This document shows positions 29,270 through 37,743 of a DNA stretch of 64,000 nt, piece after piece (positions within the stretch are counted from its first letter, which is position 1; each line of letters opens with the position of its first letter). Origin of the DNA: a virus; IMG/VR virus record IMGVR_UViG_3300010396_000002, positions 1-64,000 of that record; one strand, written 5' to 3'. The notes under the pieces are model-generated. The model was given only the letters and a program-made list of their open reading frames with translations, had not been told where the DNA came from and did not search any database. Both the position numbers and the translations under genes were made by a program.

Positions 29270-29905
29270 ATGTCCGACGAGAAGAAAGAGGTACCGCTGC
29301 GCGCGGCGGAACTGCACCTGCTTGCCAAGAACGCCCATGCCTTCGCACGAACCGGCGACCCAGAGAGGAACGTCGAAGCGCGCGCCTGGTGGATGCGGCT
29401 CATCGGCGAGGCCTGGAGGCTCCGGGCCAAGGTCCGGTACCAGGCGCAGCGCATCCGGGATCTGGAAGGCGGCACCACGACCGACGCCATCATCAAGAAG
29501 CACGAGCGAGCGCTGAGCGCGATCGATCGCGAGAAGCTCGCCAAGTACCCCGGCTGGCTCGACGAAGCGCTGCGCGTCGGCAAGGAAGCGGCGGCGAAGT
29601 GCGAGGCGCTCGAAGCCGACCTGAAGGAAGCGCGCGAGGCGATGGCGGTCGTCCGCGAGGTCTCCGACTGCCCCATCGGCACCGACATGCGGGCGCACAT
29701 CGTGACCATGGTCAGAGAGATTGACCGGGCGCGGGCAGGCCAACCGATCGCAGAGCCGCTCCTCGCCGAGCTGCACGAGATGGCGCAGACCTGGGACCAG
29801 CGCGGGACGCCATCCGAGTCGTGCGTTCACGAGCTCTACGACTGGGTGAGCCGGATGCGGACGCAGACCACTGCCACGCGCGATGCTGCCGCGGAGAAGG
29901 AGTAG
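29270..29905 (+). CDS. Hypothetical coiled-coil protein
   Basis: GAGGAGG RBS. Confidence 0.6.
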   Translation: MSDEKKEVPLRAAELHLLAKNAHAFARTGDPERNVEARAWWMRLIGEAWRLRAKVRYQAQRIRDLEGGTTTDAIIKKHERALSAIDREKLAKYPGWLDEALRVGKEAAAKCEALEADLKEAREAMAVVREVSDCPIGTDMRAHIVTMVREIDRARAGQPIAEPLLAELHEMAQTWDQRGTPSESCVHELYDWVSRMRTQTTATRDAAAEKE

Positions 29906-29908
29906 GCC

Positions 29909-30268
29909 ATGCCCAACGACCCGACCGACCACCGCGAGCCATTCGCTGGGCACTTCTTCGGCATCTTCAACGTCGAAGGAGCCGACCCGGAGCCCCTGGC
30001 GCTGTTCAACACCAAGGCCCTAGCCGACGGCTTCCTCGAAGCCTGCCGCAAGCTCCCCGAGGACCACGACGATCACCTCGACGAGCACCACCATGTCTTC
30101 CCGGCGGATCTCGTGGGCGTCTGGTGGAACAGCTACGACCCGTACCCGCGCGCCGAGCCGCTCTCGGCCGAGGAGACGATCCGAGCGTACGAAGGCAACG
30201 TGGTCGACTCATGGGGCGATGGTGGCGGAGCCCTGGGGGAGTGCATGCCAGGAGGGACAACGCCGTGA
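29909..30268 (+). CDS. Hypothetical protein
   Basis: AAGGAG RBS, acidic. Confidence 0.55.
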   Translation: MPNDPTDHREPFAGHFFGIFNVEGADPEPLALFNTKALADGFLEACRKLPEDHDDHLDEHHHVFPADLVGVWWNSYDPYPRAEPLSAEETIRAYEGNVVDSWGDGGGALGECMPGGTTP

Positions 30269-30983
30269 ACGTCGCCTGCCTGTCCTACTGGTTCCCCAAG
30301 CTCGCCGCGACCGGCGTCCCGGTGCCGGAGACCCGGATCGTCACCACGGACCTTCCCCTGTGCATGCTGCTCGACGGGCCCGAGCAGAAAGACGTCAGGC
30401 TCGAGGACTGGCAAGCGTTCGTCGCGGAGGTCCGCAGCGCCGCGAAGGAGATCGGCGGCTTCCCCTGCTTCCTGCGGACCGGGCACGGCAGCGGCAAGCA
30501 CGACTGGCGGACGACCTGCTACGTGCGTGACCCCAACGCGCTCGGGCAGCACATCTTCAACCTGGTCGAATGGAGTGAGATGGTCGACGTGTTCGGCCTG
30601 CCCACCAAGGTCTGGGCGGTCCGCAAGCTGCTCCCGCTCCTGTCCTCGTTCACGGCCTTCGACGGCTTCCCGGTCAACGTCGAGCGCCGCTACTTCATCG
30701 AGGGAGCAAGGTCCGGTGCTGGCACCCCTACTGGCCGCCCGAATCCATCGACGGGCACACCGAAGACCCGGACTGGCGCCGAAAGCTGACCGGGCTCAAC
30801 GCGTCCTGCCCCGAAGAGGTCGAGCACCTCACCGCGCTTTCCGAGCGCGTCTCCGCCGCCATGAAGGGGGCCTGGTCGCTGGACTGGGCGTTCGCCACGG
30901 ACGGCACCTGGTACGCGATCGACATGGCGCCGGCGGCTTCGTCCTTCCACTGGCCGGGCTGCCCTGCCGCGGACAAGCCGTGA
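30265..30983 (+). pseudogene. ATP-grasp-like protein interrupted by a 1-nt frameshift (or assembly indel)
   Basis: GVPVPET, GFPCFLRT, ERRYFI then other frame CWHPYWP...WSLDW...WYAIDMA; one G missing near 30705. Confidence 0.55.
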
Positions 30984-31399
30984 CCAGCCCCATCGAAGCC
31001 CTGATCGACCGGACCAACTTCACGTGCGCGCTCTGCCGCAAGCAGGCCGGCACGTGCGACTGCTGGATCTCGTGCCGCTGCGGCCGGCACCGGGAGCGCG
31101 GGGAGCCGTGCAACAACTGCGGGGCCAAGCCGAAGAAAGGCGAGGGGCGCGCACGCCCCGAGTCGGAGGTGCTCGGCGAGGAGCTTGCCCAGGAGGACTG
31201 GACCGTCAGGGTCGAGCGCCTCGCCGAGGAGGTAGAGGTACTCACCAGCTCCCATGACGCGCCCCTGATGCGCGCGCTGGCCACCGCGGTGAAGCGCCTC
31301 AAGGAGCAGGACGTCGACGCGGCCGACTGGTTCCTGGACGAGGCCGCCATGCAGATCCTCGAGATCCGGGCCAAGCTCCGCCCGCTCAAGCCGGAGTAG
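30980..31399 (+). CDS. Zn-finger-containing hypothetical protein
   Basis: GTGA-coupled; CALC, CDC, CRC, CNNC. Confidence 0.5.
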   Translation: MTSPIEALIDRTNFTCALCRKQAGTCDCWISCRCGRHRERGEPCNNCGAKPKKGEGRARPESEVLGEELAQEDWTVRVERLAEEVEVLTSSHDAPLMRALATAVKRLKEQDVDAADWFLDEAAMQILEIRAKLRPLKPE

Positions 31400-31458
31400 C
31401 CACGCCCGCCCGGCCCAGTGGTACCCTCTCGGCGCCCTCAACCAGAAGGAGGACCTTC

Positions 31459-31764
31459 GTGCCCACCGAACCACCGCCCGTCAAACAGCCGTTCGTGGAT
31501 GCCGTCAGCGCCGACGGCTACAACTTCGACCACAACTGTCTGGTCGATGCCGCCAACAACCTCGTCTTCCCGCTCGTGAACAGCGACACGCATGCGTGGA
31601 GCCTCGGGACCAACGGCTACAAGCTCAGCGACGTGACCTACCTGACGCTCAAGGGAGCCATCGCCCAGACCGATGGCTCCTACATCGACACGAACAACAA
31701 GCGCTGGTGGCTCGAGCCGAACAGCCCGAGCTCGGGCTGGTGCCAGAACGTCGCCTGGTCCTGA
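31459..31764 (+). CDS. Hypothetical protein
   Basis: TACCCT -10 and AAGGAGG RBS. Confidence 0.6.
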   Translation: MPTEPPPVKQPFVDAVSADGYNFDHNCLVDAANNLVFPLVNSDTHAWSLGTNGYKLSDVTYLTLKGAIAQTDGSYIDTNNKRWWLEPNSPSSGWCQNVAWS

Positions 31765-31767
31765 CCC

Positions 31768-32466
31768 ATGGAACGGGCGAGGGTCGTCTGCTACGTCGCC
31801 CAGGTGCTCGCCAGCGCGAGCGCCGGCGCCCTCGCCCGGTCCATCCCTCGCCATCGCCCCATCACTGGCCTGCTCCTCGGCGGCCTTCTCTGCGACCTCG
31901 GCCTCCTGAGCGGGGCGCTGCCCTTCCGGCTCGAGGTCGCGCTCGGCACCGTCTACCCGTGGGCCGTGCTCGGCGTCGACCTCGTCGTGCTCGACCCGTT
32001 CAACTTGAACAAGGGGCGCCAGAAGTTGAACAGGACCACGGTCCACCGCGGCGATCTTCGCTCTTCCTGTTCGTTCAACTTGAACGTCCGCCCCACTCGG
32101 CTGAACACCGCTCTCTGCGCCGCCTACCTTGGCTACCTCGCCGGCCTCCTCGGGCTCGGCCTCCGAGGCGCTGCCCTCTCATGGGCCTACGCCGTCGCCC
32201 AGGCCGGGCTCGCGATAGCTCTCATCGTCATCGTTGCCCGCTGGAGGTCGACTCGGTCGAGAGGCCGACGGCCGACGGTCACGGAGGCGTGCGCGGTCAT
32301 CTGCGCAGCCGCCGAGATCGCCAACGCGGCGGGGCCGTACCTTCACCTGCCGCAGACATGGGCCCTCGGGAGGGTGACCTACGTCTGCTGCTTCCTCGCG
32401 CTGACGGCAGTGCAGGGGGCCGGGACATGGACCACCTTGTTCGAGCAGGATCTGCGTGGCTGCTGA
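31768..32466 (+). CDS. Multi-pass membrane protein with palindromic in-frame insert
   Basis: Hydrophobic helices interrupted by polar PFNLN...FNLN segment. Confidence 0.55.
   Translation: MERARVVCYVAQVLASASAGALARSIPRHRPITGLLLGGLLCDLGLLSGALPFRLEVALGTVYPWAVLGVDLVVLDPFNLNKGRQKLNRTTVHRGDLRSSCSFNLNVRPTRLNTALCAAYLGYLAGLLGLGLRGAALSWAYAVAQAGLAIALIVIVARWRSTRSRGRRPTVTEACAVICAAAEIANAAGPYLHLPQTWALGRVTYVCCFLALTAVQGAGTWTTLFEQDLRGC
31997..32107. repeat. Nested inverted-repeat element with two GTTCAACTTGAAC palindromes
   Basis: Copies at 31998-32010 and 32073-32085; half site 32023-32031; GGGGCG/CGCCCC and GAACAGGA/TCCTGTTC stems. Confidence 0.8.
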
Positions 32467-32738
32467 CTCACCTGTGGCTGCTCTACATCGTCTTCGGGCT
32501 GTGGGTCGTCGCGCTCCTCGCGTGGACGGTGCTCCTGCTCTACGCTTACCCGGTAGCCCGGCGACGCGAACGCCTTGCACGTGATCGCGAACGCCTTGCG
32601 TTCGAGGCCCAGAAGGCAGCGGAACGCGCTACCATCTTTCACCTGGAAGCCGCGGACCGGGCCTCACGGACCGAACGCGCGCTCGAGGCACTGATTTTGC
32701 GAGGGCGCTGGTTCGGGCGCCCTCAGGGGGGCTCGTGA
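32427..32738 (+). CDS. Membrane-anchored protein
   Basis: N-terminal TM then charged helix. Confidence 0.5.
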   Translation: MDHLVRAGSAWLLTHLWLLYIVFGLWVVALLAWTVLLLYAYPVARRRERLARDRERLAFEAQKAAERATIFHLEAADRASRTERALEALILRGRWFGRPQGGS

Positions 32739-33016
32739 TGTCGAACGAGGTGCTTGTGCTGTACCTAGTCGTCGGGCTGACGGTGATCACGCTGGTCCTG
32801 CTCGTGCTCCAGGGCGTCACGCTCGGGATCGTTCTCGGCATGAGGCGGCGGGAGCAGGACCGTGGAAGCGCTCCGCCGAAGCCGCCGCCGGCGAAGGGCA
32901 GGACGCTGCTCACGGCACGGTTCACCGCGGCTGGGGTGCGGGAGTCGGATCCAGAACCGGAGCCACCGTCGAGGCCGGCGCGTCTTCCTGCACCCCCGAT
33001 GCTTCGGGCTCGGTAG
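32738..33016 (+). CDS. Membrane-anchored Pro-rich protein
   Basis: TGATG coupling; N-terminal TM. Confidence 0.5.
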   Translation: MSNEVLVLYLVVGLTVITLVLLVLQGVTLGIVLGMRRREQDRGSAPPKPPPAKGRTLLTARFTAAGVRESDPEPEPPSRPARLPAPPMLRAR

Positions 33017-33139
33017 CCTTCACGGCGGGGATCCCGGTCGGGGTCAGGCGCCGGACGCCGGCGTTGAGGCGCCGGAGCAGCTCCAGGGTGGTGGTCGGAG
33101 ACCCGTCGCACTGGATGCTCGCATCGGCGATGTGCTGGC

Positions 33140-33652
33140 TCATTTGAGCTTCTCCTTGATCTCCTTCAGCCCGTCGTGGAGGAACCTGAGCGTCGTCAAG
33201 GCCTCCACGAGCTGGCGCTGTATCTCCCCGCGCGTTCGGCGCTCTTCGTCGCGCTCCCCCTCGAGACCATCGAGCCTACTGTGGGCCCCGCCGAGCTGCT
33301 TGACGAGGTCATCGATCTGATGCGTCACCTCGTCGACTTGGCGCTGCATGGCCTCGATCGTCGAGAGGCTCGGGAAGGAGCCCGAGAGCCGCCTCGTCTC
33401 GTTCCGCTGCTCGCGCCAGAGCTGGTAGGCGCCGGAAATTTCTCTGCCAACGTAGGTCTCGAGCTCGGCGAAGCGCGTCTCGATGGCCTGGTTCGACGCC
33501 GCCGTCGCTGCTGCTGTCGCTGCTGCCTTGTCCTTCGGCCTTGAGATGAACGCGGAGAGCACCTGGCCCACCATGGCGAGCGAAGCGACGCCGATCGCCA
33601 CGTAGGCTGGGACCTGAGATGCCGCTGTCGCGGCGACGGTAGGATCGGCCAC
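33140..33652 (-). CDS. TM plus coiled-coil protein (lysis-accessory-like)
   Basis: Single N-terminal TM and long heptad region. Confidence 0.55.
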   Translation of the reverse strand: MADPTVAATAASQVPAYVAIGVASLAMVGQVLSAFISRPKDKAAATAAATAASNQAIETRFAELETYVGREISGAYQLWREQRNETRRLSGSFPSLSTIEAMQRQVDEVTHQIDDLVKQLGGAHSRLDGLEGERDEERRTRGEIQRQLVEALTTLRFLHDGLKEIKEKLK

Positions 33653-33673
33653 GGATCTGGAAGGTACTCTAGG

Positions 33674-33994
33674 TCACCCGTCCCTGTCGAACACGCATCG
33701 GGGCGGGGTTGCCCCGCCGGGATGTTCGCTCTTGAAGAGGGCCAGGTGGTAGGGGTGCTGGCGGTTCGCCCAGAAGCGGGCGCAGTTGCCCAGGAAGACG
33801 TCGCGCTCGGGGAGCACGGTCACCGCCTCATGGTCGGGGACCAGCCGGTAGAGCAGTTCGTCATCCAGGAAGCAGCGATCGTTGCCGCGCGCGTCTCGGT
33901 GGGCTCGGATCCCAGCGCGGAGCTTGCGGACCTCGAGCGCGAGCAGGACAACGGCGACGAGCAGCACGCCGAATGCCATGATGGCGAGCGCCAT
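33674..33994 (-). CDS. Membrane-anchored hypothetical protein
   Basis: TM then IRAHRDARGNDRCFLDD...FLGNCARF. Confidence 0.6.
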   Translation of the reverse strand: MALAIMAFGVLLVAVVLLALEVRKLRAGIRAHRDARGNDRCFLDDELLYRLVPDHEAVTVLPERDVFLGNCARFWANRQHPYHLALFKSEHPGGATPPRCVFDRDG

Positions 33995-34016
33995 GGGCAC
34001 GGCGTTGTCGGGCACG

Positions 34017-34535
34017 TCAGCCCTCGCGCCGAACGAACCCGCTCCAGCCGTCGGCTTCGCTCGCCCTGCGGGCGGCGCGCAGCATGGTGAGGTGCTCGTC
34101 GGGCACCGGCTGTGGCGGCAGGCGCGCCGCGATGAACGCCCCCCTGTCGACGGGAGAGCCCCCGTCATCGAACTTGGTGAAAGGCCCGATCATCTCGGTC
34201 ACGAGCATGGCGACCGAACCATCGATCTGCTCGATGCGCGGCCCCGTCGTGACCATGGCGACGCCACAGCACTGGGCGCCATCGCTGTTCCGCGTGATGC
34301 AGTAGGAGACCGGCTCGGTCCGCAGGAAAGCCGCCTCGGGGTCCACCTCCCCCTCGGTTTTCTTGTGCAGGATCAAGTCACCGAACAGGACGTGGCGGCA
34401 CATCTCTCCGTCGACCAGCCTAGCGCCGGTCTCGAAGCGTACGTTGTTGATCCGCAGCCCCCCCGTACCCTGTCTCTCGCTGTAGAGCTCCAGGAAGAAG
34501 CACTCGCTCAGCATCCCCTTGACCTTGTCGTTCAT
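34017..34535 (-). CDS. Hypothetical protein, paralogue of domains at ~54.2 kb and ~61.4 kb
   Basis: VSYCITRNSDGAQCCGVAMV...EMIGPFTKFDD. Confidence 0.6.
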   Translation of the reverse strand: MNDKVKGMLSECFFLELYSERQGTGGLRINNVRFETGARLVDGEMCRHVLFGDLILHKKTEGEVDPEAAFLRTEPVSYCITRNSDGAQCCGVAMVTTGPRIEQIDGSVAMLVTEMIGPFTKFDDGGSPVDRGAFIAARLPPQPVPDEHLTMLRAARRASEADGWSGFVRREG

Positions 34536-34550
34536 GCCCAGACGGTACCA

Positions 34551-34594
34551 CAAAAGCCGACAGCCCCCGGGTGGGTGCCCCAGGGCCGTGGCTG
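34551..34594 (-). terminator. Putative intrinsic terminator
   Basis: AGCC-ACGGCC-CUGGG...CCCGG-GGCUGU-CGGCU then UUUG. Confidence 0.45.
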
Positions 34595-34925
34595 CCGCGT
34601 CTCTTGTTCCGTTCCTGGGGTCAGCCAGGGGCGCGGCTACGGGTCCGGGTTTAGAGGTAGTGGGCTCCGGTCAACCACTCATCTCAGCGAGCATGCCGTA
34701 TCGGTTCGACGAAGCAGCCCCAGTGGGCCGAGCGAGGTTCCACCGTAACACGTGGTGCCGCCCCCATGGAAGCCAAGAGCCCCGCTCCCGAGGGGAGGGG
34801 GCTCCTGGTTAGCCCAGCTTGGTCGGTACCTGGGACCGGCCTGTCGCCTCTGCCGAGGGGTCTTACTTCGCGGGGCCCCTTCGGTCAGAACTGCCGGCGC
34901 GACCCGGCCTAAAGCTGGCGCTGAG
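34551..34925 (-). ncRNA. Candidate large structured non-coding RNA
   Basis: Only long gap without credible ORF; consecutive/nested stems with G-U pairs on minus strand; ends in hairpin plus CUUUUG. Confidence 0.55.
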
Positions 34926-34926
34926 C

Positions 34927-35739
34927 CTAAGGCGTCGGCTGGCGCGGGGTCAAGCCAGCGGCGCGTCTCTCGTGCGCTGCCCGGAGCGAGGCGCTTTTCT
35001 TCGTTGCTGTCGCAGCGCGCTCCTCTTGGGTCTTTGCAGCCATCGTCGCCACGGCCTTCGCTCGGCCCTTGAGCGAGATCGCGCGGCGCTCCTCCGGCGT
35101 CTGCGCCGCCTTGCGCGCCTTCGCAGCTTCGGACATCCGACGCCGTGTCTCGTCGCCGATCGAACCTGGCCCGTCGCCCCCCTTGGTCCCGTTGTAGCCA
35201 AGCGAAGGATCATCAGAACCGAAGTGCTCGACCCACCACGACTCGGCATCGTTCGCCGCGCCCTGACCCTCAACCTCTTCGAGCACTTCGGGAGCAAAGG
35301 CGTTGGCACCGTGCTTCGCCATTGCAAGGTGAAGCCGAAACGTCGGGCGCGGCTGCCGTGCGTGTGACAGGTGCTCCAACCATCTTGCGCCGAGCTTGCG
35401 CCGCGTGATGCCGACGTAGCGCTTCTGGTCCGGCGCATGCGTTACGCAGTAGACGATGAAGCGTCCCTGCGCGCTCGCCTGCATCTTGTCTCGCCGGGCG
35501 TCCCTCGTCGCCGTCCTAGTCTCATTGTGGCAACTTGGGCATGCGGCGACATGCCCTTCTTTTGATACCTTGCGCAACGCGCACAAGCTTCGCACGAGTT
35601 CGACACCGCAGACGCAGCGACAGAGCCAGAAGCGTCCGCTCGCACGCGCGCCAGCGGGTCGCTCCGCTGGCCGGAGCGCGGTCAGCTTGCCGAAGACATC
35701 GCCCGTAACGTCGTGAGCACGACGGGTCCTGTGATCCAC
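34927..35739 (-). CDS. GIY-YIG endonuclease with N-terminal Zn module and NUMOD3-like tail
   Basis: IVYCVT...YVGIT...RWLEH...AE..W...GYNGTKGG; WLCRCVCG...CPSC; ETRRRMSEA. Confidence 0.88.
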   Translation of the reverse strand: MDHRTRRAHDVTGDVFGKLTALRPAERPAGARASGRFWLCRCVCGVELVRSLCALRKVSKEGHVAACPSCHNETRTATRDARRDKMQASAQGRFIVYCVTHAPDQKRYVGITRRKLGARWLEHLSHARQPRPTFRLHLAMAKHGANAFAPEVLEEVEGQGAANDAESWWVEHFGSDDPSLGYNGTKGGDGPGSIGDETRRRMSEAAKARKAAQTPEERRAISLKGRAKAVATMAAKTQEERAATATKKSASLRAAHERRAAGLTPRQPTP

Positions 35740-35750
35740 GCCTCAGCGTA

Positions 35751-37739
35751 TCACGCGAGCGGCGCTGGCGATCGGTAGGCTTGCGGCGGCATCGGCCGGC
35801 TCAGGATGGCCCATGCAATCGCTGCCGTGATGATCAGGTCGTCGTTGGCGCCGCTCTTCGCTCGGGCCTTCCCCCAGGCATCGACCACGAAGCTCCGGCA
35901 CTCCTCGAGCACCATGAGATCGGGCGTGCTCCACGCGCCCTGCCGATGATCCTGTTCGAGCAACGACAGCGCGCCCTCGCGACTCGGCCCCGAGGTGAGC
36001 CAGCCGTAGTGGCCGTCATGGTCCGTCCAGATGTGCGGGTAGCCGCACTGCCCGGCGCGGCCCCATGTCACGATCTTGGCGGCGAGTTCGGCCGACATGA
36101 TCGCTGGACCGAGATCCTTCGACGGCAGCACGCCGGCGATCATGCGTAGGTCGTGCGGGGCCGCTGAGATCGGGAAGCCGACCTTGGTGGCCGCCAGCGC
36201 GCCAGCTTCGTCGAGCAGAACGCCCGACAGCATGTCCGGCCGTACCAGCTCGTCGATGGCCGAGCAGCCCATGTTGTTGCGCTCGAGAGCGATGATCGCC
36301 TGGTTGAAGCGCAGTGCGAGCGCGACGGCGAGCCGGCCAAGCTCCTTCGGCTTCACCTGCCCATGCAGCGTAGCGACATGGCGCGGCTGCTCCCCGGCCT
36401 TCGTGACGCGCGTCCAGACCTGGAGCGCGGCGGGGTCGCCCCCTTCGCCGCCCGACGTGTCGCCTACCACGATGTAGAGCTGCTTCGGGTTGACGTCCTC
36501 GAAGATGCGCAAGCCGTACTGGGCCCCGCCACGGACCATCCGTAGCGACTTGTATGGGCGCTTCACGTCGTTCCATGCCTTCTCTTTCCTGGTCGCCTCC
36601 GCGATGAGGTGCTCGGTGATGTCCTTGTCGAGGTAGCACTCCCCCGACGCGATGAAGCAGGTGATCGGGTCGGTTGGCAGCTCCTTGTCGACGCGCATCA
36701 GCGTCTTCGCGCGCACCTGTGCCCGGAACCACTTTAGGTACTCCTGGACGACGCGGACGCGGTCTGGCTCGTCGGCGAACTTCTCGTTGAGCAGCGTCCA
36801 GCACTGCTCCTCGCGCACGCGACGCGCCTCGATCGACTGCTGGTCCGGCGTGCACGTCTCGCCTTCCTCGAGCGTGAGCCGGCGTCCAGGCAGCTCGAAC
36901 CAGGGGAAGAAGTGAGGGGTGAACTCGTCGCCCTCCGGCGATGTCGCGCGCTTCCACAGGCGGTGGAAGTATGGCCCGCCGCGAGGGTCGTTCTCGCTCG
37001 TCGAGACACCGCTCGGCGTCGTCTCGATCGTGACCTCGGTCGCCGGCGCTGGCGCCGTCACGGAGTTGAGCACGGAGTCCATCGTTGCAGCCGCGACCTC
37101 CCAGAACGCGATCTCGGTGCAGTGCAAGCGGTGCGTCGTGCCGCCACGGCCCTTCTTGTCGGCGGTCTGCTCGCTGGCGCCGGCCTCGAGCACCTCCAGG
37201 ATGCCGCCTCCGGCGATGGTAGCGAGTTGCCAGCGCCCCTTCGTGCTCGCGCGTGCTTGAAGCGGCACGCTAAGGCCCTTGCGCTGGAGGCTCTCCAGCA
37301 TGAGCTGCACCACGCGCGCGAAGTCGTGCTGCATCTCATGGTCGGACGACGTCTGGCAGACGACGCGGACCGAGACGCCCGGATGCACCAGCCAGAACCA
37401 GAGGTCCCGCGCGAGCTCGACCGTCGACATGCCGAGCTTCCTGGCCTTCAGCACGACGTCTCGCCCGGTGCGCGCTCGGTTGAACCGACGCTGTAGGTCC
37501 GTGAGCACCAGTGGTACCGGGCGCCCAGGGCGCTCGCCGTTAGGCCCGGCCTCCGCTGCGGGGACCTCGAGCTGCTCGCAGAACGCCTCGAAGTCGTCGC
37601 TGTACGTCGCCCGCAGGTGAGCCAGCGTCGAGAGCGGCTTCGTGTCGGCGACGGCGTTCGCGGCGAGCGCGTCGAGCCAGACGGACGACTCGGCTGGCAG
37701 GACCCGGACGACGGAAGCGGCTGCGGCGCGGCGGGGCAT
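35751..37739 (-). CDS. terL: Terminase large subunit
   Basis: Walker A LKARKLGMST, GRGGT, LHCTEIAFW, IETTP; nuclease VGDTSGG, LERNN, NDDLI. Confidence 0.92.
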   Translation of the reverse strand: MPRRAAAASVVRVLPAESSVWLDALAANAVADTKPLSTLAHLRATYSDDFEAFCEQLEVPAAEAGPNGERPGRPVPLVLTDLQRRFNRARTGRDVVLKARKLGMSTVELARDLWFWLVHPGVSVRVVCQTSSDHEMQHDFARVVQLMLESLQRKGLSVPLQARASTKGRWQLATIAGGGILEVLEAGASEQTADKKGRGGTTHRLHCTEIAFWEVAAATMDSVLNSVTAPAPATEVTIETTPSGVSTSENDPRGGPYFHRLWKRATSPEGDEFTPHFFPWFELPGRRLTLEEGETCTPDQQSIEARRVREEQCWTLLNEKFADEPDRVRVVQEYLKWFRAQVRAKTLMRVDKELPTDPITCFIASGECYLDKDITEHLIAEATRKEKAWNDVKRPYKSLRMVRGGAQYGLRIFEDVNPKQLYIVVGDTSGGEGGDPAALQVWTRVTKAGEQPRHVATLHGQVKPKELGRLAVALALRFNQAIIALERNNMGCSAIDELVRPDMLSGVLLDEAGALAATKVGFPISAAPHDLRMIAGVLPSKDLGPAIMSAELAAKIVTWGRAGQCGYPHIWTDHDGHYGWLTSGPSREGALSLLEQDHRQGAWSTPDLMVLEECRSFVVDAWGKARAKSGANDDLIITAAIAWAILSRPMPPQAYRSPAPLA

Positions 37740-37743
37740 GGGC

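Noticed and set aside
34551-35739. Group I/II intron carrying a homing endonuclease; or RNase P, tmRNA, SRP RNA
   Set aside because: terL ends normally, no split exon, no P7 or domain V motif; GAAGCAGCC on the plus strand lacks the SRP helix-8 context
36045-36240. Intein in TerL
   Set aside because: Too short and lacks splice-junction residues
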